From Hyphochytrium catenoides (taxonomy: Eukaryota > Protista > Hyphochytriomycota), in NCBI GenBank assembly GCA_900088475.1, contig FLMG01001141.1, positions 1-48,124 on the forward strand: a stretch of 48,124 bases of DNA, given 5' to 3'. Every line of letters begins with the position of its first letter. Within the stretch, counting starts at the first letter, position 1. The translations under genes were made by a program, and so were the position numbers. This document shows positions 10,380 to 21,800 of the stretch, in pieces. Under the pieces are notes generated by a model. That model was not told where the DNA came from. It ran no database searches and saw only the letters and a list, made by a program, of their open reading frames with translations.

Positions 10380-13190
10380 GAAGGTTATGTGTAGGACTAA
10401 AAGACTATCGTCTCAATGAGAGCGCAAAGAGGAGACGGCGGAGGTAAAGAAAATTCAGAGCAACAGGTAGCAAATGTCCAGTGGGAGCAGACGGACGGAA
10501 AGGAAGGAAAGCATGATTTACCTTCGACGAGACAGAGAGCACAAAAGAGACAGAAGAGAGGAAGACGGAGGGCCTCGAGTGAAAAGAGACACTGACTTCG
10601 GGGGAGGAGGGCTATTGTTATTGTTCAGTATTTATGATCAGCAAAGCAGCAGCGTGGAAGGGAAGGAGGGCTGAATAGATTGTGAGAGTACGGCCAGCTA
10701 GGACAGCAATCAAGGCTAAGCAATATAACGCAAGAAGAGAAAGCGAAGCTCAAGGAGGCAGTCGGATGTAGGAAAGGCTTACAAGAAAGCGAAGAATGGT
10801 GAGCCATTCACTAGGACAAGGAAGGGTAGCCAAGAGGGCGAGATGAAGGAGATGAGATTCGGCTTGAATGAACCAATATATACGGAGAAGAGCCGAGTAA
10901 GAATGCGCCAAGACGGAGATCAAGCTGAGAGAATCACCCAAATAGTGCAGACACGGAAGACAACAAAAAGAGCAAGTGTTAGAACCCTAAGAAGGCAAAT
11001 GGGAAATGGAGGGCCTGTTCAGACAAGTGGAGCATGCAACAGCTTACAGATTACTTATCAGCCCCAAAGCGATAGAGACACCAAGGGAGATTGAACTTAG
11101 AGGCACCAACAAGAGATCACCAGGAGGAGTGCAAGAATAAGAGGGAGCAAATAATNGAGAGAGAGAGAGAGAGGCATCGTAAGAAAGAGAGGCACGTGGT
11201 GAGACCTGGTGAGGCGGAAAGCGATGGTTCATATATCTCCTATTAGGGTAGACTAGACAAAGTTAAGGAGTGTAGAGAGCGAAAAGGAGGGGGCACTGAG
11301 GGAAAGACGAAAGACCGGGAAGAGATGGGAGGCAAGGAAAGGAGAAAGGAAAGAGAGAGAAAGAGAGAAAGACAGACAGACGACACAACGAGAGAGAGGG
11401 TCATGGTGAGAGGCGAGTCAACCTGAGAAGAAAAATTTTTACATTCCTTCTCTACATCTTCACTCTACCTGATCAAAGTTCTCAGGGAGCGCAACCCAAT
11501 TCTGACATGAATGTCGTGCTTGGCTCGATTCAATCTATCATAAAGAAGACAGAGCTGAGTTAGGAAGAGTATGCGTGATGCCATTTTGAAAGTGGTTGGG
11601 AGAGTAGCAGCGAGAGGGAGAGGATAGGAAGGTTCATGACTGAGGAGGGAAAAGGTCGGTGACATTGAACGAGGAGGAAGAGAGCGTGCAAAGAAGAATA
11701 AAGGAGGAGAAACAAAACGAGAAAACGAGGAGAAAAGAAACTGAGGGAGATTTTGACTGCTGAGAGGAGAGAGAGAGAGAGAATCAGAAGACAGGAAGAG
11801 AAACAGACACACGGAAGAAAGGAGGAGTGAAGAGAAACCTGACGACCTTCAGCAGAGGTAGATGTTGATGATGTCTGGAGCTTTGTCTAGATGTAAATGT
11901 AACGAAGGGATTTGATGATGATTATGTGTCAATTGACTGAATGACTGTGTCTCTCTTAGTGCTCTGCCTATCAATCTGCGAACAGCGACAGAAAGAGAAA
12001 CTAACTAGGGAGAGGGAAAAGAGATGCAAGAAGAAGGCCTGCTGGAGGAGGAAGAGTAAGAAGAAAGGCAGTCATGGTGAAGAGAGATAAGAAGAGAGAA
12101 AGAGGAAAGACCCAGCACTAGGTAGTAGGGAAGAGGCCAGGTAAGACCGAAAAGGGAAGGCAGAGGGCCAATCTGAAGAGGAAAGGGAGATATAGAGCAA
12201 CATAATAAGGAGAAGAGAAAGAGAGTCAAAGCAAGAAAGCAAGGCAGAACAGAAACAGAGGAGGCAAATATGGAGAAAAACAGAATGATGGATCATTATA
12301 AAGACCGTAGTCTTGAGAAGTTGTTGCAGACTTTACTTAGATCCCCTCTTTGCTGCGCCCTCCACCTCTGCTGTCAACGAGAACAGCAAACTTGGCGGTG
12401 ACTCCAGGCTAGCCTGCCACGCTGGTACCTGCTGTGACTGCCTCAGATGATGATATTTCAGAGTGGGAGGCACTCAACATTGCAGCAGTTTCTGATGCAT
12501 ATAAGAAAAGGGTCGCGGGGGGATTGTCGCGAGATTGCATCGTGAGGAAACGCACGGGGCACTCCCTATTCAGCCACATACATTGCATCCCTCTCGCTTT
12601 AGCTCTCGAACGGTATCTGCGGTCTGATGTGATCTCTTCTGTTTCCCCGCCTAGTAGTCTTGGCCCGAATATTGGTGCAGCAAAGGGATTACTCAGCTTT
12701 CTCCTTAGCACCTCGGAGGCGGCGTAAGAAAACACCTGCTAAAGCCATGATGCGACACTGCAGATTGTACAAAGATAGAACCTTGTTGAGGATAGATTGG
12801 AAAGCGCTAAAGGAGGAGCGGAAAGAGGGAAAGGGAAGAGAGGATAGCGCTATAATAGAGAGAGAGAGGTACAAGAAGGGCAAGAAGGAGAAAAGAGGGG
12901 AGTAGCAGCTTACGAGGGTGGAGAGTTCCAAGAACAGAAGAGACACCTACACAAACAGACAAGACAACCAAGAATATAGAGACTACACAGGAAGGACAGG
13001 CAAGGGACAAATAGAGAGAAAATCAAAAAGAGCAGCAGAAGGCGCACAGCGAGACAAAAGAGAGAGACACGACTGCAAATGACGAGGTCATCAGCAGGAG
13101 AGATTTCATCTTGTCGCTTTGATACATACTGTCCACAAAGACTTGTCTCTCCGACAGCAATCTGACATCTGGTGCCTGTGTCCGAGGTGG
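10380..13190 (-). mobile_element. Probable second, highly decayed, intron-interrupted hAT-like transposase relic
   Basis: Minus-strand fragments appear in the expected order, separated by GA-rich (minus-strand pyrimidine) tracts: PDVRLLSERQVFVDSMYQSDKMKSLL (~13095-13175), AFQSILNKVLSLYNLQCRIMAL (~12740-12805), TTFKMASRILFL (~11560-11597; cf. RWNSTyxMlxRxlxL), SLRR*SFSP (~10393-10420). Catalytic residues are not recoverable. Confidence 0.35.
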
Positions 13191-13339
13191 AGAAGTATTC
13201 AGCAGATGGATATACTAGCCATCCGGCAGCTTTGATCCTGACCCATCGTATAGACAGCAGCAGCTTCTACAGCTACCCCTTATTGCTTCTTCCGCCCTCA
13301 CAACATCCCAGCTCGTAGAGTCTCGTCTGACTGCACCTT

Positions 13340-15040
13340 TCTTCCTGGGACTGCTGGCAATTATTGTTGGGGCGGCGCGGGCCTTTATCGATCGCTCTGC
13401 TACTGTCTTTGGGAGGTCCTTCTGCAGCTCCCTCACCTTTACCACATAAAGGCTGATCGTCATCCTCATTGTTACTCGTACGAACAACCCAGCACTCCCC
13501 CTTGGAAGGAGTCAGCCGTTACCAGTCCTTGCTGCAGACAAGTGAACGGAACTCAACACTTGCAGATTCATCACAGCTTCCTCCTACTTTGTTGGGAAAG
13601 GGGTATTATCATCAGGGTCCGCCAACTGCTGAAGAGGAATAGGCATGGATTGCTGCATAGGGAAGGGGTTCTGGATGGCAGCGAATCCTTGACGAACACA
13701 TCAAAGGCCGTGTACTGATAGGAAGTTGAGAAGCCACGAACCAACCACCCTCCAGGCTTTTGATTGGAACCTGGACAAAGGTGTCGAGGTTCGTCGCCGG
13801 AGACTTGAGTGAGACCAGAGTCCCATAAGGATGAAAGAGAAGGTTTTGCCATGACGTTAGTGAGAGCCACCGCCACTATGACAGACAATACCATGATTCC
13901 CGAAAACATCCGATCCAATGGGGGGAGAGCAGGTCTGACAAAAAGCTGCTGGAGTGTACAGAAGAGGATACTCAAAAAGCGCCACAGATTACCCGGAACA
14001 CCAAAAGAGAAGAAACCTTCTTCAATTGCAACCAGGGGACAGGAGCAGCGCCCGAAGGAAAGCGCCCCCGTGCAGGGGAGAAGATGCCCACAAGCGAGCC
14101 TTTGAGCCCAATTCCAGGCCAGCAGAAGATAGGAGAACATTGGATGCCGTCGCTCAAAAATATCTGGACAGGTACTACCCTTGCAGATGTTGTTGAGCAA
14201 AAGGTCAGGCAAGCACTAACCCACCACCTTAACATTGTGCACGTTGTTGGAGTTTCAGGAGGCAACGAGAAGTTCGACGGCCAACGGAGGTGAGTAAGCC
14301 TCGGCGTCTGGCATAATACACAGAACCTTTGAGAGCAAATATAGTAGCAGAGGCACCAACAGAACCAAGACCAGCAGGGAACGCGAGGGAAGAAGCAGAA
14401 GTGATACCAAAGCCACCCAGGCGGATGAATAGGAGGGTAGCTTGTTTCCAGACCAGATCCGACACGGCTGGCAGACCCAATAGCCAAGGCAGAAACCACG
14501 TAAGCAGAGGTCAAACTTGAAAGAAGAGGGAGGCTAGCTGTGAAGGAGGAGAAAGAGGTAAAACCCAAGCCTTGCATGTACTTCATCTAGACGAGAGAGG
14601 ATGGAAGAAACAGAAGAAGAGACAAAAGGGGCGGAACCAGCGAGTACACCTAAGAGTCCACGCCATTCATAACGGCCACTAATCTCGAGACTACCGCAGG
14701 GGAATCTTTAAGACGCTCGAGGTCCATACTGGGCCAGCAAAGCTTGCATTTGCCAAGGTTGAGCTTTGAGCTTAGGCGGGACCGCGCTAGGATGGCAGGT
14801 CTTGGCGACATTTTCCGGCTTCCACTATGCCAAGAAGAGCACCGTCATCAAGGTGCCGCACGTCGTGGAGATCCAAGGAAGGTACAGATATGGGATGTCA
14901 GTCACAAGAGGATGAAGAGCTAACGCAAACAACGGCGGACCAAGAGGATCACCTTGCTAGCTCCGCAAGAACTAGCCACCAAGAGAGCAGCCCCGTCGAA
15001 AATCTGGGATCTAGGATGTGGGAGGGTTGACTTAGTTTGA
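13340..15040 (-). mobile_element. Decayed, 5'-truncated CRE/SLACS-like non-LTR retrotransposon (RT + CCHC + restriction-like endonuclease)
   Basis: Minus-strand motifs in correct order: QGDPLGPPLFALALHPL (~14905-14956), HLDDGALLG (~14830-14855; YxDD position), KLNLGKCKL (~14740-14767), GLLGVLAGSAPFV, KQATL..IRLGGFGITSA..LAFPAGLGS (~14360-14450), GRCSC, EPRHL..GSNQKP...TAFDVFV (13691-13793). Multiple frameshifts and stops. Confidence 0.9.
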
Positions 15041-15742
15041 GTACTACGATGAAGCATGAAGATGGATTTTCTCTGCATCTTGTTAGATTTAGTTAGCCCT
15101 AGAAGAAGGAACTACAACTCAACATTATAAGAAGACAAGAAAAAGAGTAAAAAGCAAGAGCTACATACTCTTTTCTCATCCTTCTTTCAATCACTCTCGA
15201 AAAAGGTAGAAGCCATATTTCTGTTCATTCAGCGATAGTAATAAGAAAGGGACGGGACAAGAGAAGGCATCAGAATCGCTACTACTCTCGTCGGTCATTC
15301 AAGGAAACAAGAGCAAGGTCCAACTGCAGAAGAAAAGGAATGCGCTTCAGAGTCTTAACCACATTGTCTTCATGAATGCCAGGTATGGAGACTCTGATGT
15401 GTAGGCGTTACCCATTGTCATCCGAGGCGAGCGAGGACCAGTGTCCCTACGGAGAATTTTCAAGTGGAGAGCAATCACAGTGAAGCGTCACAAAAAAGCC
15501 GCCAAACCTTCAACGACACAAGAGCTAGCCAACCCCGCCTCCCAACCACAGCCCCAAACCAGCGGGACAGACCGCAGCTCCTCCACAACCTTCTTACAGC
15601 CAGACTAGTACCTCTTCACTTCGGAATATTAGATAAAGGTCCTTATGATGATTAAAGCTTGAGTTTCCTATTATAAGGGATAATACTGGCCGGAACGACT
15701 TCATCTCAGGTTTGATGGTCGTACTTTTGTCGCCACTGGGTG

Positions 15743-15786
15743 CCATGCATTGTTTAAGTAGAGACCATGCATTGTTTAAGTAGAGA
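15743..15786. repeat. Perfect 22-bp tandem duplication
   Basis: CCATGCATTGTTTAAGTAGAGA x2. Confidence 0.95.
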
Positions 15787-15957
15787 GCGCCAGGAGAGTG
15801 TGGCTTGTTAGAAGAAGGAGGAGAGAAGGCCTAACCTATTGAAAGAGTGAGGACAGCTCCTTTCCTTTGCACTTCCAGGAGAAGCTAATATCGTAAAGTA
15901 CAAATATAATAGCAGCATCATATTAACTCGGCTTGGTAAATGACGTCTGGATTGTTA

Positions 15958-17190
15958 TCACCACGGTATGAGCTCTATAAAAGAACAGGCTAAAAGGGCT
16001 GCCGTCTTCTTATCAGACACTGGCCCATCTTTCCCAAGCATCTGGCCAAGGTACTTTGCATCAATTCCGATGACTGCAGCACCCAACTCAGGTGCGTGCC
16101 AAAAGCGCAAACTGCCGCCGGCAAAAAGAAATGCTCTACGGTAGGCATCGGGGTCTTGAATCCTAAAGCCACGAATGTCATTCTTCAGATATCTCCATCG
16201 ACCAAGCGTCAAGCCCGTGAAGCTGATCGGGGCCAGGTGTTCAACTTTGCTAGGAGGAGAGCCATAAAGTGCAGCTTGACTCAGCAGTAAGTAGTGCCTA
16301 CCGCCATTTGTGTCTCTCTCAAGGCGATCCCATACAGCACTGGTGTCATTTCTTTGAGCTTGGTCGCAGAAATCGAGTACCATGTCTGAGACATGGAGAG
16401 AGACAACTGGACTTGAAGGTTCTCCACGTGTCGAGTCTTCTTCGGATACAGGACTATAGGCTCGAAATACATTAATAACTACCTGATAGTCTGAAGGGTA
16501 CTCAGGAGGTAGAGCTAAGGACATAAACCGCATTTGTTGCAAGCCATGACCTGTGACGAAAGGTTGAGGTAAACGCGATGCGTTGCAGTTGCCGTAAGAC
16601 AGGGACTGCCCCGTAGTTCCTCCTCTCATACCCTCCTCGTCTGTCAACTGCGTAAGGAACATGATAAATGGCAATTTCGATGCCTCGGTGTTGTTGACCT
16701 CAATGGCGGATACGATATCGGTAGAAGAAGAGGTGGTGGTGTGATTCTGAAACTTGATCGGGGTGTAGCAGAGCGACTCTACATACAGATGACTGCCATA
16801 TCTACTAGCAGTAGAAGGGGCCGGTGGTCTTGTTGTCGTCTGTAGGTCGTGTGATGATTGACTTGGATCAGGAGGAGCGGGCGAACTCCGGGGAGAAGAT
16901 TCATCCTTGAAGTAGAGATAGCCTCCTACAGCACCTACTAACAAGGGTATGGCCAAGAGTAAGATCCACAGCAGCCGTCTCCTTGTTGTCTCTTTGTCGC
17001 TCTTCTTTTTAAGGGGCGCCGTTTCACATCTTTCGCTAATAACAGCAGCAGAGTCTTCAGGAAGAGCGGTGGCTTGATGAAGCCTTGGCACAACATAAGA
17101 GCCTTCTGGCACTTCGTCCTCTCCTTCTACGACAACATACACTTGTTGACTCCGTTGCTTCGGCACTATCTCTACCACTACCGTTTCCAT
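15958..17190 (-). CDS. Uncharacterised type II single-pass membrane protein (410 aa, intronless ORF)
   Basis: RRR followed by TM LLWILLLAIPLLVGAVGGYLYF, a Pro/Ser/Thr stalk, then a ~270-aa globular region with N-glycosylation sequons (NHT, NNT, NAS, NDT) and 4 Cys. No family recognised. Confidence 0.65.
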   Translation of the reverse strand: METVVVEIVPKQRSQQVYVVVEGEDEVPEGSYVVPRLHQATALPEDSAAVISERCETAPLKKKSDKETTRRRLLWILLLAIPLLVGAVGGYLYFKDESSPRSSPAPPDPSQSSHDLQTTTRPPAPSTASRYGSHLYVESLCYTPIKFQNHTTTSSSTDIVSAIEVNNTEASKLPFIMFLTQLTDEEGMRGGTTGQSLSYGNCNASRLPQPFVTGHGLQQMRFMSLALPPEYPSDYQVVINVFRAYSPVSEEDSTRGEPSSPVVSLHVSDMVLDFCDQAQRNDTSAVWDRLERDTNGGRHYLLLSQAALYGSPPSKVEHLAPISFTGLTLGRWRYLKNDIRGFRIQDPDAYRRAFLFAGGSLRFWHAPELGAAVIGIDAKYLGQMLGKDGPVSDKKTAALLACSFIELIPW

Positions 17191-18866
17191 CCTCCTCCTC
17201 GTCCTTTTGAAGAAGCTCTAATGGCTTAACGCTATGGCGCAAATACGTCAGGCTAGGTCAGCAGCCTGTGATTGACCGAGACCAATGATGGGAAAGAGTC
17301 CTAACCCTCATTCAATCGCTAGGATCAACCAGGTCACTTTTGATTGACTACTTCGAGCCTGGGAAATTTCCCAAACAGCATGCCTCTTCATCTGCTGACC
17401 TGCTGCAATCATCATCGTGCTCGCTTTCCTAGACCGAAAGATTTGACAACAACGAGTGTGAAAAAGAAAGTGGTTGCCGCTGAACTGAAGCTTCCACGGA
17501 GGAAGGACTGTGCTTCCAAGTTCTGCAAGCGCAATTAGCGAATCCACCAATTGGGAGCTAGGGCTGGGAGAAGCGTTGGAGAAGTAGAACCATTGCTCAT
17601 CAGTTCCAAATATTCTCCGTATGCCCCCAAGCCCACCCTACTTGATGAGCTAAAGACTCATGACCTCCACTGACTGACTGCAGAACTATTATTTGATCGT
17701 CCTACCACGACGTCCTTCCTCTCCCGCCAAAGATGCAGCGGTTTTTCCCTTCCCCTCTGTTCTGGCCTGTTATTTTGGGTTTGAGGAGGGCGGTAGTGAA
17801 GGCAGGAGAAGGACTCCGTGAAACAAAAACAAGCCCACCAATAATGACCTTCCTTACTATCATTGACTGTCACCACTGTGAAGTTCTTCCTACATTATTG
17901 TGAAGATACGCCGTCATCAGCTCGGCTGCAATTTGTGGTGGTTATTACTCTCTTCCTCCTCTCCTTCATAATGGTGGTGGTATGATTGGTTGCTGGTACT
18001 GCTAGCAACTACCTAACAAAGAACAGAGAAAGAATGTAAGGACTGCAGTTCCAAGAGAGAATAGAGAGACAGAGGGGAAGGAATACAGAGGGCGCAGGGT
18101 AGAAAGGAATGTGGCTACAAGTACTGTAGTAGGAGAGAAGTGCACATGATGAAGATGGAGTTGACGAGTGAGCTCGCAGTGTGAAGATGCTGTCCCCCCT
18201 CGGCGTCCAACTAGCCGTTTTATTCTACCTTTAAAGTAGCTATCTATGATAAGTTGCGTTACTATAGGATTTATACTAGACATTTGTTGTTATCTTCGGA
18301 ATAGTTACTCGAACCGTACCTCCATTGTGGCCTTGTGAGGGCTAAAGGAGGCAGCAACCTGGCTCTCTCTCCTCTCTCCTCTCTTCATCCTTCTCCAACA
18401 ACGCCTCTGCGCTGGTGGACGGCAATAATGAACAAGAGGAGCCTTCCTCAGTGCACTGCGCGCACAGAAGAGTTCAGGAGCCGCAGGACGGTCCTCATTT
18501 CGTGATTCTGACAGAGAGCTGGATGCAGAGAGCATCGGGTCGTTGTTCAACTGTATCGTTCACCTAAAAGCAGCACGAGAAGAAGCTTGCCTGTCGCCAA
18601 GCGCATCATTATCGGCCTATTCTTCTTTCTACTGATCTCTGTCGGTGTGATGAGGATATGTTGGAGACTGATTATGCTGAGACAGAACTCGTGACCAGCC
18701 TAATTGTTCCTCCAGCTCTCTGCTGATTCGTGCGAGCTCGCTTGGGCAGCTGGAAGTATCCAAAATTGTTGGTGTCGTTGCCGTTAATTTCCTACTATCG
18801 ATCGCCTTTCATCTAACAGGCGGTATTTGCTCCTGTCCTGCTACCAGGTGTTTGACGAACTAAGAC

Positions 18867-21800
18867 ATGGGGCATGAAGGAGAAAGTCCTGCTGCGCCTA
18901 CGTCTCCCCGTCCTTCGTCAGCGCTCGTAGACAGTGGTCCCGAAAATACTCCATCATGCTCCCCAAGAAGTGATCAACCACCTATGAAGGAGCAAGTCCC
19001 CTCAGAAGAGGTGTGTCCATTAGTATCCCCGATCCCCCTGAACCGGCAATCTTTGACCACGACGATGCGTTTTGATCCTTTTTCCCCTGCTTTCTTCTTC
19101 CTACTCTTACCAGCAGCATAAGGCAATCAGCACACAGCCTTCAACATCATGCAGTCGCTCTTCGGGACCGGAAGAACCTGAGCATGCAGTTAGTATCCCA
19201 ATTTTGCGGACTCCTCTGACAATGAAGGAGCTATATATATTTCGATTCCTTGAGTTACTCCGGCTGCACGTGGAGCCACTGCTCTCTCAAGAAGTCTTTT
19301 GCATGGCAAGTCTCATTGTGCAAGCGCAGCATCAGAAAACTTTATCACTTTCAGCAGACGGCTTGAAGGCAGTGCCACAGCCGAGCTGGCAAGCGGAAAT
19401 TCTCGTGCTGGAGAGGAGTGTCGTCTCGCGCAAGAAACCTCTTACTGAGCACAGTCAGTTAGACATCCTCACCATCATCAAGTGCCTTGCTACGTGGCTC
19501 CGAGTCCAAGGTCTTGCACCCTACGCTTGCCTCTACGACAATCATCGTGACGCGTTGCATCAGAATCTGACTCTGCTTCAGAACGTGAGAAATAGATTGG
19601 CTCACAATTGGGAGGGGGTCACAGAGGCAGAAGTTCTTTCTGCTCTATACGGACTGAAGAATATAGTAAACGTCATGGAGGAAACCGTGCAGGAGAAGCT
19701 TGCTCCGGAATCCATCGCAAGATTGAGCATAGTACAAGGCAGGATCTCAAGAACGATCACAGAGCTTATGGGGCTTTCATCGGCATTCATGAAGCGTGCC
19801 GAGAACAGACAGAGGTTAGATGATAAGCCCATTCACAGTCAAAGTTCCACCACTTTGAATAATGATGCCCATGCCCAGCCTTCGAGGGGGTTGCATGCCC
19901 ATTTGACTGACCTAAGTCTCCAGTCATTCGGCCTTCTTCTAGCGGTGAAACTTGTGTCCACTCTCGAGCAGTTTGTGGTCCGGAGAGTTTATCAAGCGCA
20001 GGAGCTAGGTCATCTTCCTCCGGACAGCGAGCTCGGCCCAGCAGTGACGTGCTTGCAGAGATTGTGTCAATACATTCGTAATGAGCGGACTCATCAACCC
20101 CTTAGACTTGCCTTTCAAAGTGTCCAACCCACAGAGCTGACTAAGCGCTCTCCAAGTCCGTTGGCCACCTCCTCTGTCCTCGATGACTTGTTATCTCTTC
20201 GAGCTGAACTTTTCCATGCTCAGGAGGAAGTCGAGGTTGGGAGCACGACCTTAAAGCCAGAAGATGCCAAAGTGAGCAGCCTACAACGTTGGTTGAAGGC
20301 CAGTGCCTGTATCATTGGACAGTTCGCCACAGCGAAGCATTCTATCATGTCTTCTCTGTTGCCAAGCATGGACGAAGATTTGAGCTGTGTCATCACAGCG
20401 GCGAAGACAAGAAAATTTCGCGGAGAGCAGCCTCTTAAGGAGAATTCAAAGGATTCGTACAGGCACATTACCTTAGGGACTAGCGCCATTAACAGCCATT
20501 CATTTTCTTCTGAGTCGTCGTCATGCTCATTCCAGACGTATCTTTACATCTCCTGCCATCCTCCTGTCGCCACAGAAGACAAGGATGCAGAGCAAGAGAG
20601 GAGCCGATTTACAGAACGGAAGCAACCCGATGGCGCTCTCTTAAGCGCATCACCAAGTCCCGCCAGGCATAAAGTATCGCCCGTCCTCCGTATCCCTTTG
20701 CCAGACCCTCCAATTTTAATAGGTAGAGACGTGACAGTGCAGGAAATAGAGGATATTCTGCTGCCGAACTACTCTAAAGAGCTGTATCCAAGAGGACAAA
20801 CTCAGGACGAGGAGGACTTAGCGCGCCATCCATGCTTCCTGCGGTCCGTTGTGCTCTATGGCATGCCGGCCATGGGAAAGACAACGTTAGCGACAGTGGT
20901 GACAAAGAAGATTGAGGCGAGTGGAAGGTTCAACTACCATCTTTGGTTGACGGGCTCCTCTGCGACGCTGCTGGAAGCTGGTCTTGTGGACTTTGCAAAA
21001 ACTTACGTCGCACCCTATCAGATATCGAGAGCGAGCAGCGTAGCGCAAAGTCTTAAGGTGCTCAGGAACTGGTTTGCCGCTCGGAGCGACTGGTTCATCG
21101 TAGCAGATGACGTAACTCCTGCAGCAGCAAGGATTTTGCGCTCCCTACTTACGCCTAATATGGATGGAGCCAAGGACGTGAGGAAGGGAGGAGGCACTAT
21201 CTTATTCACAACGTTACACAGCAGTCTACCCAGTAGCGGCCCAGATGCTTGTGTCTGGCCAACCACAGTGTGGATGGAGCTTCCAGCGCTCGCCCCTTCA
21301 TCTTCCATGCAATTGCTAGAGTGGGTGATGGTTTCCGATATGAACCCTCATATGAAGCAGAGCAAGTCTTCCAAGGCAAAGAGAAAGAAGAGAGTAGAGG
21401 ACATGTTCCAGGGAAAGAGCAAGGAGGACATTTCTCTAGTCCTAGAGGCAGTCATAGGTAACAATCCCCTAGGGGTCTGGCTCCTAGGACGGCTTCTGAG
21501 AAAGGGAGAGCCTTTAGAGGCCATCCTTGAGGTCGTTGATAGTGATCGTGCGTCTCTCACCTCTGCGCCTCTAGAGCTCTTAGCTCTTGTCCGTAATGGT
21601 TCGGATGAGGGCTCCACGACGAACAGCGGGAAGAATGGAGGAAATCGCAGTGCTCCTACTACTTCCTCAGCGCGTTCTGTCCTAATGCCTGGGAGGGTGC
21701 GAGGGATCGAGGGAACTGTAGCTATGATAATGCAGAGAATGGAGGAGCAAGCCATCCAGCATCAGAGACGGAGGAGCCCTGGGTCCTCGGATGACGTTGA

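Noticed and set aside
17300-18000. Possible decayed paralog of the 410-aa membrane gene
   Set aside because: Only faint similarity (EGEEEE, LLVG..) with many stops, which is not supportable by eye.
19072-19113. TTG start of the 1824-aa ORF given in the ORF track
   Set aside because: It lies in the polypyrimidine tract of an intron. An upstream ATG exon (18867-19010) splices in frame.
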